NCBI GenBank assembly: GCA_001784175.1
Contig: MFPR01000004.1
Coordinates: 434,001 to 498,000, forward strand
Length of the DNA stretch: 64,000 nucleotides
DNA from: Candidatus Lindowbacteria bacterium RIFCSPLOWO2_12_FULL_62_27
GTDB lineage: Bacteria > Lindowbacteria > 2-12-FULL-62-27
Direction of reading: 5' to 3'
Positions 18,946 through 29,180 of this stretch are shown piece after piece. Under the pieces are notes generated by a model. The model was not told the origin of the DNA. It ran no database searches and saw nothing but the letters and a program-made list of their open reading frames with translations. The position numbers were made by a program, and so were the translations under genes. Position 1 is the first letter of the stretch. Each line of letters begins with the position of its first letter.

Positions 18946-20196
18946 ATGGACGAGCAGGCACAAGCGCCTCTGGACCTGTCGGGGCCGGAGGTCTGGCGCG
19001 ATCCCCGCTATCACACGATCATCTTGGAAGGGCTCAGGCGCGACGGGCTCGGCGCCGATGCAATCGAGCCGGTTCGCATGGCGTTTGCGGAGGGGGCGAT
19101 CGGCTCGAACGAGGACCTCTACGAGGCGATCGATCGGATCGCTTCCGGGATGCCGGCGGCGCGGCGGGATGCGGCCGCCGCCGTTCTGCGCCACCTTCGA
19201 GGCGTCGCGGCCGTCAACGCCGCATCCTACCGAATCGCGACAGCGGAGGACGCCCGGACCGTCCATTGGCCGAACGCGCGGGATGTTCTCGAAAGAGACT
19301 CCGAGGCATACGTGGACATCCACGCCGACCTTTTTTATCGAACGTGTCATGCCTTCATCACGCGCAGTACGCCCATTGGCAGTGCAGGATCCTGTTTTGC
19401 GAAGCGTATCGCACAACACCTTCAGATGTGGGGATACAACTACGTGATCGAAGAAGACGACCTTCCTGAGGGATATCCGCTCGAGAGCCTGACCGACACG
19501 GAATATCGCATGGCGCCCGCACGAATGGGAACGCTGTTCAACGTGCAGAGCATGCTGCAGATGGTCGAGAGGGCGTTCGGCAGCCGTCGGCCGGATATGC
19601 TGATTTCGACCCATTCGGACGGCGCATGGCTGGATCCATTCCGGTACGTGCGCTCGCGCTACAGTGACACCCGCGGGTATGTCGATGACTATGAGCGCCA
19701 CAGCCGCGCCCTGAACCGGGCGCTCCTGCGATGCGAGGTGTTCGTTTTTACGCTGGGCCTGACCGAAGCGTGGTACTTCGCACATTCTGGAGACTACACG
19801 AGCGTCACGCCCTGCAACAGGATTAACCCGCTCCTCTTGCGGATGAAGACGCTTTCGGTCGAGGAGAACGTGGCGGCGCTGGAATCGATGTACGAACTCT
19901 ACCGCAGCCACCGCCCGGACATTAAATTCATCATCAGCGTCTCTCCCATTCCGCTTCGGCGGACATTCTCAAAGGACCACCACATCGTGGTGGCAAACAA
20001 TCTGTCGAAGGCGACGCTGGTTGTCGCGGCGCACAGGTTTGTGGACCGGCACCCCGGCCGCGCGTATTACTTTCCCGCGTATGAGATGGTGATGTACGGA
20101 GCGAAGGATCCGTGGGAGGCCGACCGGCGGCACGTGACGAAGGATGCGGTCAGCCGCGTGATGTCGCTCTTTCGCGCCATGTTTCTGGCCGAGTGA
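18946..20196 (+). CDS. GSCFA domain protein (SGNH-like)
   Basis: SAGSCFA, FTLGLTEAW, SVSPIPL, SKATL, YFPAYE, RHV. Confidence 0.85.
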   Translation: MDEQAQAPLDLSGPEVWRDPRYHTIILEGLRRDGLGADAIEPVRMAFAEGAIGSNEDLYEAIDRIASGMPAARRDAAAAVLRHLRGVAAVNAASYRIATAEDARTVHWPNARDVLERDSEAYVDIHADLFYRTCHAFITRSTPIGSAGSCFAKRIAQHLQMWGYNYVIEEDDLPEGYPLESLTDTEYRMAPARMGTLFNVQSMLQMVERAFGSRRPDMLISTHSDGAWLDPFRYVRSRYSDTRGYVDDYERHSRALNRALLRCEVFVFTLGLTEAWYFAHSGDYTSVTPCNRINPLLLRMKTLSVEENVAALESMYELYRSHRPDIKFIISVSPIPLRRTFSKDHHIVVANNLSKATLVVAAHRFVDRHPGRAYYFPAYEMVMYGAKDPWEADRRHVTKDAVSRVMSLFRAMFLAE

Positions 20197-20216
20197 GCGG
20201 CGGGGATGAATGCCCG

Positions 20217-20900
20217 ATGATGTTTGAGGAATCCCAGTGCCCCACCGACAGGAAGCTCTGGAACTTTTCAAAGTACGTGCGACGCCAGTCGATTGCCAGA
20301 TTCCTCGTTTTTTATGAGATTTTCAAGCGGATCATCGACGTCAAAGGCTCGATTGTCGAATGCGGCATCCATCATGGCGGAGGGTTGATGACATGGGCCA
20401 AGCTGTCGAGTACGCTGGAACCCTACAATTACCATCGAAAGATCATCGGGTTTGACACCTTTGACGGATTTCCAAGCGTGAATCCGGTGGATGGGAGCCG
20501 GCCGGAGGCCAGGGTGGGGATGTTCCGGGAATCGTACGACATTTACGTCGAACTGACCGGCTGCATCAAGGAATACGACGCGAACCGTTTCCTCAATGAC
20601 ATACCGAAGATTGATCTGGTGAAGGGCGACGCCAATGAAACCATTCCACGCTACGTCGACGAAAACAAGCATCTGCTGGTGGCCCTCCTTTATCTCGATT
20701 TCGACATCTACCAGCCGACCGTCACTGCGCTCAAGACGTTCCTGCCAAGGATGCCGAAGGGTGCGGTGATCGCATTTGATGAAGTGGACAACCCGCACTG
20801 GCCCGGAGAAACGGCGGCCCTGCTCGACTGCATGGATTTAAGCACGCATCGTCTCGAATGCGCGCCGTTTGAACCGAACGTTTCCTGGATCGTGTTGTAG
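20217..20900 (+). CDS. TylF/MycF/NovP-related sugar O-methyltransferase
   Basis: GSIVECG, GFDTFDGFP, LDFDIYQPT, IAFDE, WPGET. Confidence 0.85.
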   Translation: MMFEESQCPTDRKLWNFSKYVRRQSIARFLVFYEIFKRIIDVKGSIVECGIHHGGGLMTWAKLSSTLEPYNYHRKIIGFDTFDGFPSVNPVDGSRPEARVGMFRESYDIYVELTGCIKEYDANRFLNDIPKIDLVKGDANETIPRYVDENKHLLVALLYLDFDIYQPTVTALKTFLPRMPKGAVIAFDEVDNPHWPGETAALLDCMDLSTHRLECAPFEPNVSWIVL

Positions 20901-20929
20901 CCGTTTCCCGGCCGAACAACAGGTGCGCG

Positions 20930-21679
20930 ATGGCTGAGACGGAATCCCATGGCCACGAAATCGTCTGCATCATCCAGGCCCGCGTCCGGTCCGCGCGCCT
21001 TCCCGGGAAAGTGCTCAAGGAGGTGGCCGGAAAAACGGTCCTGGAGCACTTGATTTCGAGGGTCCAATCCGCCCGGCGGGTCGATCGGATCATTTTGGCG
21101 ACGGGCGCGGATGTGGCCAACCGCCCCTTGGAGAAAATCGCGGATGCTTCAGGCGTCTCGTTTTTTTCGGGCAGCGAGACGGACGTGCTGGACCGATATT
21201 ACCGGGCGGTCCAACGGTTTCGTCTGGAAGGCGCGCGCGGCGTGGTGCGAATCACGGGAGATTGCCCGCTGATTGATCCGGCGGTGGTCGATGCCGTCAT
21301 CCGTCATTATCTGGACCACGATTTGGATTACGTTTCAAACACGGTTCCGCCTGCGTATCCGGACGGCCTGGACACAGAGGTTTTCAGTTTTCGGTCGCTT
21401 GAAACGGCATGGCGGGAGGCGGCGGCGCCGTATGACAGAGAGCATGTCACGCCGTACATCACCGGCTGCGGCAGGTTCGCTCTGGGAAACGTCGCCTGCG
21501 AGCAGGATTTGTCTCATGAGCGGTGGACCCTGGACTATCCGGAGGACTGGGAGTTGATTCGAAGGATCTTCGAACGTTTTTCCGGGCCTTTCGGGATGAC
21601 GGACATCCTGAAATACAGGATGGAACAGCCCGCGCTGTTCCTCGCCAATCAGCGTCTCCGGGCCGTTCCTTTCACGTAG
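20930..21679 (+). CDS. SpsF-like cytidylyltransferase (ulosonic acid activation)
   Basis: IIQARVRSARLPGKVL, GSETDVLDRY, RITGDCPLID, REHVT, TLDYPED. Confidence 0.85.
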   Translation: MAETESHGHEIVCIIQARVRSARLPGKVLKEVAGKTVLEHLISRVQSARRVDRIILATGADVANRPLEKIADASGVSFFSGSETDVLDRYYRAVQRFRLEGARGVVRITGDCPLIDPAVVDAVIRHYLDHDLDYVSNTVPPAYPDGLDTEVFSFRSLETAWREAAAPYDREHVTPYITGCGRFALGNVACEQDLSHERWTLDYPEDWELIRRIFERFSGPFGMTDILKYRMEQPALFLANQRLRAVPFT

Positions 21680-23063
21680 ACCCCCGGCACTCGCGCTCCA
21701 GGGGACAGGGCATCGCCGGGCAGACTTGGGCGCAGCCATTGTATTTTCGGAACACGGGCCGGATCGGCCGCCCCACCAGATATTTTTCCATGCCCTGATC
21801 CAGCGCATCCCGATACACCGCGCACGACGCCTCAAAGGCCGACACGATCTGCGACACGTCCTCGTCCGTGTGCGTGTAACAGGGAAGAAAATATCCGTGG
21901 AACAACACGCCGCGGCCAATCATTTCCTGCATGAGGAGCGTCTTGAACGCCGGCGACGGCCGGCCGGCGCCGTCCAGACAGACGGAAACGATCCGCCAGG
22001 AGGAGGCGTGGATTTCGAGGAAGTCCGACACGCGGGCCGCGGCTGCCGCCGAACGCATTCCCGCCGCGACAGACTCGACCCGCTGCCGGTGCCGGCTCAG
22101 GACGTCCCTGGTCTGAAATTCCCGAAGCACCGCTTGGCCGGCCGCCAGTCCCGTTGTTTCACCACCGTGGGTGGTTGAAATGAGAAACACCCGGGGCGCG
22201 ATCTCCTGCCGGATCCCCCCCAGATCCATGATGCCGGCGCGGCCGGTCAGGGCGCAAATCGAAAACCCGTTCCCGATGGCCTTGCCCCATGCCACCAGAT
22301 CCGGCTCAAGCCCATGACGCGCGTGTGCGCCAGGCCAGCCCGCGCGGAACCCCGTGACCATCTCGTCGACAATGAAGACCGCACCGTGCCGGCGCGCCAA
22401 TTTCTGCGCTTCACGGAGCGCGCCCGGCGGCGAGGAGCAAATCTCCTCGGGCTCCGTGATGACGCAGGCGATCCGCCCGGGGTGATCGGAAAAAAGCCGT
22501 TCCAGCGTTTCCGGGTGCGTTGAATCGTACGTCAGGGAAAGCGCACGGGTCGAGTCCGGCACGCCGCTCTTGCAAACCGTCGACCCGATGAACCAGTCGT
22601 CGTAACTGTAAAACGGATGATTGCCCGGAAACGCCACGAGGTCCCGGCCGGTGAAAGCCCGCGATAGCTTGACGGCGGCCGTCGTCACGGTCGAGCCATT
22701 CTTCGAAAATTTGATCCGTTCCGCGCCCGGCACCGCGCTCAGAAACTCCCTCGCAAACTCCAGCTCGATGACGGCCGGCCGCTGAAAATTCACGCCCAGA
22801 TCAAGTTGTTTCCGGACCGCGCTCAGCACCGGCTCATACGCGTGGCCGAGACTGACGGAGCCCAGTCCCAGCGCGCAGTCGACATACTCGTTGCCGTCCA
22901 GATCCCACACCCGACCGTGTTTGCCGCGGGCGATCGCCGCCGGCGACAGCTCCGGAAACTGGTCGTCCCCCTTCGAATAGGTATGCGCGCCGCCGGGGAT
23001 CCGCTCATGAACTTCCCGACGGTACGCAACGGAGCGGGTAAAGGACCGGGCAGGAAGGGCCAT
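21672..23063 (-). CDS. Class III PLP aminotransferase (glutamate-1-semialdehyde aminomutase-like, sugar-cluster type)
   Basis: IPGGAHTYSKGDDQ, FSKNGS, DEMVTGFR, GKAIGNG, STTHGGE. Confidence 0.85.
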   Translation of the reverse strand: MALPARSFTRSVAYRREVHERIPGGAHTYSKGDDQFPELSPAAIARGKHGRVWDLDGNEYVDCALGLGSVSLGHAYEPVLSAVRKQLDLGVNFQRPAVIELEFAREFLSAVPGAERIKFSKNGSTVTTAAVKLSRAFTGRDLVAFPGNHPFYSYDDWFIGSTVCKSGVPDSTRALSLTYDSTHPETLERLFSDHPGRIACVITEPEEICSSPPGALREAQKLARRHGAVFIVDEMVTGFRAGWPGAHARHGLEPDLVAWGKAIGNGFSICALTGRAGIMDLGGIRQEIAPRVFLISTTHGGETTGLAAGQAVLREFQTRDVLSRHRQRVESVAAGMRSAAAAARVSDFLEIHASSWRIVSVCLDGAGRPSPAFKTLLMQEMIGRGVLFHGYFLPCYTHTDEDVSQIVSAFEASCAVYRDALDQGMEKYLVGRPIRPVFRKYNGCAQVCPAMPCPLERECRGST

Positions 23064-23923
23064 CAGAGCCGGGCCGGCCATCGGTCCGGATCGGCCCACG
23101 CGTCCTCCGGACAGGCGAATTCCTCCAGGGCGGCAAGTTGCCGGTCGTCCAACCGGGGACGGCGGGCTGCGCGGCCCGCCACTTCCAGTTCCTCCGTGCG
23201 GCCGATGCCGACCAGCACCACATCGGCGGGAGAATCCAGCGCGAAACGAATGGCCAGTTCCGGCAACGTCATGTCCCATTCCGCAGCCAGCCGATCCAGC
23301 CGGTTCAATCGCGTCTTCATCTCGCATTCATCTCCAAGGATGGAATTCCGGCGGTCCGTCAGAAGCCCTCGGCACAGGACGGTACGCGCCACAACCTCCG
23401 GGGAGCCGCGTTGGACCCGCTTGAGGGCGGGGATCACGGATGGATTCAGAATGCTGTATTCGACTTGAACCACATCACACCAGGACGATTCAATCGCCAG
23501 CCGGGCGTCCTCGACGCCGTAGGTGGAGGCGCCGATCCGGCGGGCCAGGCCGCGGGATTTGATCTCCTGCATCTCCTGAATCACATCGCGTGCCGTAAGA
23601 TCCACCCGCGTCGCGCTGTGAAGGAGGAGCGTATCGATCCGGTCCAGCCGAAGCCGGCCCAGCGAAGCCTTGAGACGCGCCATGAGCGGCCCGGCGGTCA
23701 GCTTGGTGCAGATTCGGACATTCCCTCGCAGCATCCGTTCCGCGGATTCCCCCAGGATTCGCTCGCTGTCCCCATAATCCGATGCGGTGTCGATATAGCC
23801 GACGCCCGACGCGACGGCTTGTTCAATGATTTGAACCGTCGTTGTCCGGCCGGTTTCAACCGGCCAGCCATATTCTGGGGAAAACGGCGCGGTGCCAAGC
23901 CCGAGTATCGCGGCGCTCACCAC
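23063..23923 (-). CDS. Aldo/keto reductase
   Basis: LGLGT, IDTASDYGDSE, TK, LLLH, IGASTY, QVEYSIL. Confidence 0.85.
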   Translation of the reverse strand: MVSAAILGLGTAPFSPEYGWPVETGRTTTVQIIEQAVASGVGYIDTASDYGDSERILGESAERMLRGNVRICTKLTAGPLMARLKASLGRLRLDRIDTLLLHSATRVDLTARDVIQEMQEIKSRGLARRIGASTYGVEDARLAIESSWCDVVQVEYSILNPSVIPALKRVQRGSPEVVARTVLCRGLLTDRRNSILGDECEMKTRLNRLDRLAAEWDMTLPELAIRFALDSPADVVLVGIGRTEELEVAGRAARRPRLDDRQLAALEEFACPEDAWADPDRWPARL

Positions 23924-25138
23924 TCAACCACCGGCGGCCACGAGCCAATTGAAATACTCCGGCTCATGGAAAAACCGGGCGGCTTCATCCGACGGCGCGG
24001 TTCCTTTCCGGTAAAGCTTCAGCCGTCGGAGTTCGATGGTCCGGTGGTACAAACGCCACGGGGTGCTGTAGAAGAATCTGCCGCCGACGATCTGCCGGCA
24101 CCACGGACCCAGCCTGTCATAGGAAATATCATGCTGAAAAAGCAGGCCGACATCACCTGTCTCCACGGTTCGCGGATGAATATCACCGTAGCCGAGCGCA
24201 ATCATTTCGGGCAGGCAGAACTTCTCGATCTGAATCCGCAGCTCCTCCGATAGATACTGTTTCCATTTTTCCCTGAATTCGCCCGAAATTCCCCCCGGCT
24301 TCGCAGGCCCGGCAACTCCGCCCTTCTCCTGATAGCTGGTATTCGGCGCTTTGAATTTCCCGTGCACCATCGACTCCTCGTAAGGCACGCCGAGAAAATC
24401 CGCCACGTTCTTCAAGATCTCCGCCGGTTGGCTGACGAGGGCTTCGTACCGAACGGTGATCACCCGCCCCTTGAGCTCGCTTTCGGCCGTTTGATATTTC
24501 CAGGAATAGTAAACCGATTTGCGCCAGTCACGGATATTGAAGAGAAGCGGATAAGGCGAATCCGACATGAAATTGGAACTCACGACCGACCGGGGATCGC
24601 GCAGAATATGGATGAATTTCATGCCGGGAAACGTTCTCGACATCGGCAGGAAAAGCTGCTCGCACCAGGCGTCTTTGAAGCCGGCGTAAACGCACCCGTT
24701 CTTTTCCGAACCCCGGTAAAGCAGATTCATAATCTCGAGGAAGAGTCCGTCAAAAGACCGGGACGCGCAGGATTTGACAGGCTCCCGAATCTCCGGGCAA
24801 AAATATCCGCCCCGCCCGGAGATCCGCTCCAGAATCTCCCCCTTCAAAAAGTCCGGCAGGTCGTGCCTGAGGTCCGTGCGATCGACAAACTCGCGGACGC
24901 GGGGACTTCCCATGAAATAAAAATGATCGATCGGATAGGCGGCCTCCTTGATCACGCCGTGAATCCGGTGGTAGGCGAAATGCAGGAATCCCCTGAAAAA
25001 TTCCGCCAGCGGGTCCGGCGCGCAAATCATCCGGGGGTGCTGATTCAAACATTCGGCGATGAGCGTCGTCCCGCTTCGCGCCACACCGCTGACCATCACA
25101 AATTTGGAATGTTCGTTGAGGCGCGGGAGGTCATTCAT
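23924..25138 (-). CDS. Sulfotransferase family protein
   Basis: PAPS loop GVARSGTT, ILRDPRSVVSS, VRYEALV. Confidence 0.85.
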   Translation of the reverse strand: MNDLPRLNEHSKFVMVSGVARSGTTLIAECLNQHPRMICAPDPLAEFFRGFLHFAYHRIHGVIKEAAYPIDHFYFMGSPRVREFVDRTDLRHDLPDFLKGEILERISGRGGYFCPEIREPVKSCASRSFDGLFLEIMNLLYRGSEKNGCVYAGFKDAWCEQLFLPMSRTFPGMKFIHILRDPRSVVSSNFMSDSPYPLLFNIRDWRKSVYYSWKYQTAESELKGRVITVRYEALVSQPAEILKNVADFLGVPYEESMVHGKFKAPNTSYQEKGGVAGPAKPGGISGEFREKWKQYLSEELRIQIEKFCLPEMIALGYGDIHPRTVETGDVGLLFQHDISYDRLGPWCRQIVGGRFFYSTPWRLYHRTIELRRLKLYRKGTAPSDEAARFFHEPEYFNWLVAAGG

Positions 25139-26138
25139 TAAACTGTTTCGTCCCCCGGAACCACGCCACCCGCCGGCCGCCGAACCCCGATTTGAACAGG
25201 GCGATGCTGGTTGCCTTCGCATCGCCGGTTTCTCCGGGAACCGGCTGCCAGCCCATGTCAAGAAACCGGTCCTCTCGGGAGCGGGCGTGTCGGAGGGCGG
25301 CCCAGATTCCATAATGCCCGTGGCCGCCATCCGGACCGGCGTCCGGATGTGTGGCGGACGAGGCGTAGTAAACATGTCCGTTGAATCTGTAAAACAGGGC
25401 GGCGACCGCCCATGCGCCTTCCGGATTCGTGACGGCGACGAGAAACGCCTGATCGGCGCGGATCATCTCATACATTGTCTCAAACGTGTTCCTCGGACGC
25501 GTGACGCGGCCGGCCGCGAGATGATGCAGGATCCGGTATTTTTCGCACGCCTCGTAATTCCAGTTCTCTCGATCGATGACGGTGACCGGGAATTTCTTCA
25601 TGGCCCGCGTGATCAGCGGCCTGTAACTCTTTCGTACCGCGCGCCAGAGCGTGTCTTCATCCTCCCGCAGATCAATCACGCGGCTGGCGGAGGACTCGTC
25701 CCGGAATCCGTGCATCTTCAGAAAATTGAACAGGGTTCTTCCCGAGACCAGCTCCACCGGTTCAATGGCGACCCTGTACCGTTCCGCCTGTTTTCTCGCC
25801 GCGAGATCCGACACTTCCGAGAAGATTTCCTCCTCCACCCGGGAACGCGCATTCGATGCCTCCGGCAGCGCGAAAATCGGCGCGGAGAGATAGTCGCCGC
25901 CGTAGGAGAATTCCAGTCCGCCATTGTTCCGGCAGAGATATACCGGCACGTAAGCAGCGAGTTCCCCGGAATCCAAATACGCAAGGAACGACAAATCCTC
26001 AACCCAGCGATTCCCCAGATAGAGATGGTCATACTCCCGGACCAGGGAACTGTAGAACGCGGTGGAACCCGGAATTTTCGCGATTTCCTTTTCGGCGAGG
26101 ACCGGAAACTGTTTGTCGTGTGCGAATATGAATTTCAT
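25131..26138 (-). CDS. FemAB-like GNAT-fold acyl/aminoacyl transferase
   Basis: IDLREDEDTLWRAVRKSYRPLI, AAGRVTR, YYASSA, FKSGFGG. Confidence 0.75.
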   Translation of the reverse strand: MKFIFAHDKQFPVLAEKEIAKIPGSTAFYSSLVREYDHLYLGNRWVEDLSFLAYLDSGELAAYVPVYLCRNNGGLEFSYGGDYLSAPIFALPEASNARSRVEEEIFSEVSDLAARKQAERYRVAIEPVELVSGRTLFNFLKMHGFRDESSASRVIDLREDEDTLWRAVRKSYRPLITRAMKKFPVTVIDRENWNYEACEKYRILHHLAAGRVTRPRNTFETMYEMIRADQAFLVAVTNPEGAWAVAALFYRFNGHVYYASSATHPDAGPDGGHGHYGIWAALRHARSREDRFLDMGWQPVPGETGDAKATSIALFKSGFGGRRVAWFRGTKQFNE

Positions 26139-27163
26139 ACCACATCGTCATAGTCGGACAAATGCCGGCGACGGTCCACGAATCGGCCGACGTGGAGTAC
26201 GGCCTCATCGGGATGGGCCCGGACCGCCTCGAAAAGCGCCAGGGCCTCCTGCGAGGCGTGCGACGCTCTCAAGGCCGACCGGCGGGCGACCAAAGATCGA
26301 ATTCGATCGGCCTCCTCCCCCTTCGCCCACGTTTCGAGCGACAGTTGAAGCGCAAAATCAAAATATTCCAAAAGCAGGGCGCACACAAAAAGGACATGCT
26401 GCGCCCGCTCCGGAAACGGCCCCTTCCACGCGCCCCCCGCCAAAGGATCCTTGAAAAACACGGCATCCGCCCAGAACGTCCGTTCTCGGCCGGCCGATGT
26501 CCGTTTGTCCAGAAGCCTGCTCGACCGGAAATGAAGCTCAAAACCATAAAAGGAAAATCCGCGGTTCCTCAAAAACAGTTCGACTTCCGAAAAAAGTTTT
26601 TCTCCGGCATACATTTCGAAAAACTCCACTTCCGCAAAAATCGCCACCGTCCGCTCCGCCAGTGTCCGCTCGGCACCCTCCAGAATCTCGTGGGTGCCGC
26701 CCTGGCAGTCAATTTTCAAAAATTCGCCCCAAGGATCCCCGCCCCCAAGCAAGTCAAAAATCACGGAATCCAGACTTCGCGTTTTCAGCGGAATCGTTTG
26801 ATTCAACTCATACCCCTTCATTCCATACCGGCGGACGAATGCCGGATTGGGCATGCGAAGAGAACTGTTCACCGGAGACGACAGGGCGTAAAGCGTTGCC
26901 TGGGTTTCTCCGCCGGCCAGCGCGGCGGGTTGAAAGAGACATTTCGACCAAGGAGAATTCCGGGCGGATTGCGACGACAATTTCCGGCATTCCTCCTCGT
27001 CGGGTTCGAAGGCCAGCACCGCCGTCACGCCCGCAATGGGCGCCACCAAGTCATGTACTCCCCCTCGCGCGCCGACATCCACAAACCCGAGGGGAAGACC
27101 TCGCAAGGTCAGACACGGAGCGCTTCTTTCGAATAGGGGCTCCTTGAAGAGGGAATTCAGCAT
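26135..27163 (-). CDS. FkbM family methyltransferase
   Basis: VDVGARGG, AFEPD, LKIDCQG, EVEF, WADAVF. Confidence 0.85.
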   Translation of the reverse strand: MLNSLFKEPLFERSAPCLTLRGLPLGFVDVGARGGVHDLVAPIAGVTAVLAFEPDEEECRKLSSQSARNSPWSKCLFQPAALAGGETQATLYALSSPVNSSLRMPNPAFVRRYGMKGYELNQTIPLKTRSLDSVIFDLLGGGDPWGEFLKIDCQGGTHEILEGAERTLAERTVAIFAEVEFFEMYAGEKLFSEVELFLRNRGFSFYGFELHFRSSRLLDKRTSAGRERTFWADAVFFKDPLAGGAWKGPFPERAQHVLFVCALLLEYFDFALQLSLETWAKGEEADRIRSLVARRSALRASHASQEALALFEAVRAHPDEAVLHVGRFVDRRRHLSDYDDVV

Positions 27164-27194
27164 GACACTTGTTGATTCTGCATATACGCGGGAA

Positions 27195-27223
27195 ATGGAA
27201 GCACGTCCGGGAACGGCAGTCAA
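27195..27223 (-). promoter_or_regulatory. Promoter TTGACT-N17-TTCCAT (GTGC-TTCCAT type)
   Basis: Reverse strand TTGACT gccgttcccggacGTGC TTCCAT, upstream of the FkbM operon. Confidence 0.5.
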
Positions 27224-27245
27224 CGGAAGGGGTCACGGACGGCCC

Positions 27246-27274
27246 TTGACACGTTCTCACCCCTGACATTAAAT
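27246..27274 (+). promoter_or_regulatory. Promoter TTGACA-N17-TTAAAT for the transketolase operon
   Basis: Perfect -35; GGGGGAG Shine-Dalgarno downstream. Confidence 0.5.
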
Positions 27275-27304
27275 AGCCGATCTCAAAGGGGGAGCGTGCA
27301 TCAC

Positions 27305-28153
27305 ATGAGAGGGCAATCAACCGGGGACTTGGCGGCCATCGCCAAGTGGGTTCGTCTCAAAGTGGTCGACATGGCGGTGAAGGCCAACAGCGGCCACATC
27401 AGTACAGCGTTCTCGCAGACCGAAATTCTGGTTTCGCTCTATTTTGGCGGAATTCTCCGATATGATCCGATGAACCCCCGGTGGGAGGGACGGGACCGAT
27501 TCATCCAGAGCAAGGGCCAGGGGGGGATCGGGCTCTATCCGGTCCTCGCCCGAGCCGGATTTTTCCCTCTCGATGTGCTCGAAGGATTTGCGCAGGAAGG
27601 CAACATGCTCGGCGTTCACACTGATTGGCACATTCCGGGCATCGAGGTCGTCACGGGGTCTTTGGGTCACGGCCTGCCGATCGCCACCGGGATGGCCCAG
27701 GCGGCGCTCAACGACCACAAGAAGCATTTGATTTTCGTCCTGCTCGGCGATGCCGAACTCTATGAGGGGTCCAACTGGGAAGCCGCCCTGATGGCCGCCC
27801 ACAAGGGCTACTCGAATCTCATCTGCATGGTGGACCGAAACGGGCAGGGAACGATCGGCTATACGGACCGGATCGAGGGACAAAACGATGGGCCGAGGCT
27901 CAACCCCCTCGACAGAAAGTTCGAGGCGTTTGGGTTTGAAACCCGCGTCATCGACGGCCACGATTTCGGACAGATTTTCGAAGCCCTCAAGGATGTCCGG
28001 GCCCGGCCGTTGGCCGCAGGCAGGCCCCTCATGATCATCGCCAACACCCGCAAAGGCAAAGGGTGCTCGCTCATGGAGGACGAGCGCTTTTGGCATTATC
28101 GGGTTCCGGCCGGCGCGGACCTGGAAAGTGTCCGCAGGGACCTCCGGCCATGA
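27305..28153 (+). CDS. Transketolase N-terminal subunit
   Basis: SGHIS, DRFIQSKG, TGSLGHG, GDAELYEGSNWE, NTRKGKG. Confidence 0.9.
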   Translation: MRGQSTGDLAAIAKWVRLKVVDMAVKANSGHISTAFSQTEILVSLYFGGILRYDPMNPRWEGRDRFIQSKGQGGIGLYPVLARAGFFPLDVLEGFAQEGNMLGVHTDWHIPGIEVVTGSLGHGLPIATGMAQAALNDHKKHLIFVLLGDAELYEGSNWEAALMAAHKGYSNLICMVDRNGQGTIGYTDRIEGQNDGPRLNPLDRKFEAFGFETRVIDGHDFGQIFEALKDVRARPLAAGRPLMIIANTRKGKGCSLMEDERFWHYRVPAGADLESVRRDLRP

Positions 28154-29139
28154 CCTCCACGCCGTTCATCATCGGAATGCGCGACGCTTTTTTCGACGCG
28201 CTCTATGAAATCGCACGGACAGACCGGAACGTGATCATCATCAGCGCCGACAACGGCGCGCCCAGCCTCGACAAATTCGCGCAGACCCTGCCCAACCAGT
28301 ACTTCACCGTCGGCATCGCCGAACAGCAGATGATCGGCATGGCCGCCGGGATGGCCTTTGAAGGCAAGAAGGTCTACACCTACGCGATTGCGCCGTTCAT
28401 CACAACGCGCGTCCTTGAACAACAGAAACTCGACGTCTGCTCGATGAACCTGCCCATCGTCAATCTGGGCATCGGCGCGGGATACGCCTACGACATCATG
28501 GGACCCAGCCATCACACGGTCGAGGATATCTCCATCATGCGGGCGCTGCCGGGAATGAAGATCTATTGCCCGGCGGACGCCATCTGTTCGAGGGCGCTGG
28601 TCGACCTGTCGTACGCCGATCCGTCGCCCCAATACATCCGTTTTGATCGCGCCGGCATTCCGAATATCTACGCCGGTCGACCTGTCGATTTTACACCAGG
28701 CTTGGTCAAGACACGGGAAGGCCGGGACATGTATATCGTGGCCACGGGGATCATGGTCCATCAGGCGCTGAAAGTGTCCGATGAACTCAAAAGGGACGGC
28801 CTTGAGGTCGGCGTCATCGACGTCTGCCGGATCAAACCCTTCCCCGTCGAATGGCTGTTCGAATATCTGGAGGAGGTTCCCTGGGTGGTCACGCTGGAGG
28901 AGCATCTGCTGGCCGGCGGGCTCGGCGGCATCGTGGCCGAAATATTCGTGGACAGCGGCGTCACCACACCCCTGCTCCGGATCGGGCAGGAGGACCGATT
29001 TGTCTTCACCTACGGCGGCCGCTCCGTGATCTGGAAAAAATACGGCCTGGATGTGCCATCCGTGGTCGAAAAAATCCAAACGTGGATGAGTTCTCGAAGC
29101 GGAGGCGTGGAGTTCGCCAAAAGGGCGGCGGTCCGATAA
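28150..29139 (+). CDS. Transketolase C-terminal subunit
   Basis: MRDAF, GIAEQQMIG, GPSHH, YIRFDR, LEEH. Confidence 0.9.
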   Translation: MTSTPFIIGMRDAFFDALYEIARTDRNVIIISADNGAPSLDKFAQTLPNQYFTVGIAEQQMIGMAAGMAFEGKKVYTYAIAPFITTRVLEQQKLDVCSMNLPIVNLGIGAGYAYDIMGPSHHTVEDISIMRALPGMKIYCPADAICSRALVDLSYADPSPQYIRFDRAGIPNIYAGRPVDFTPGLVKTREGRDMYIVATGIMVHQALKVSDELKRDGLEVGVIDVCRIKPFPVEWLFEYLEEVPWVVTLEEHLLAGGLGGIVAEIFVDSGVTTPLLRIGQEDRFVFTYGGRSVIWKKYGLDVPSVVEKIQTWMSSRSGGVEFAKRAAVR

Positions 29140-29180
29140 GAAACGCGCGCCCCAAGAGAAAACTCGCGCGCCCCCATGTT

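Noticed and set aside
21672-23063. hemL of tetrapyrrole synthesis
   Set aside because: The TYSKGDDQ-type N-terminus and the spsF/aldo-keto reductase context indicate the sugar-cluster paralog.
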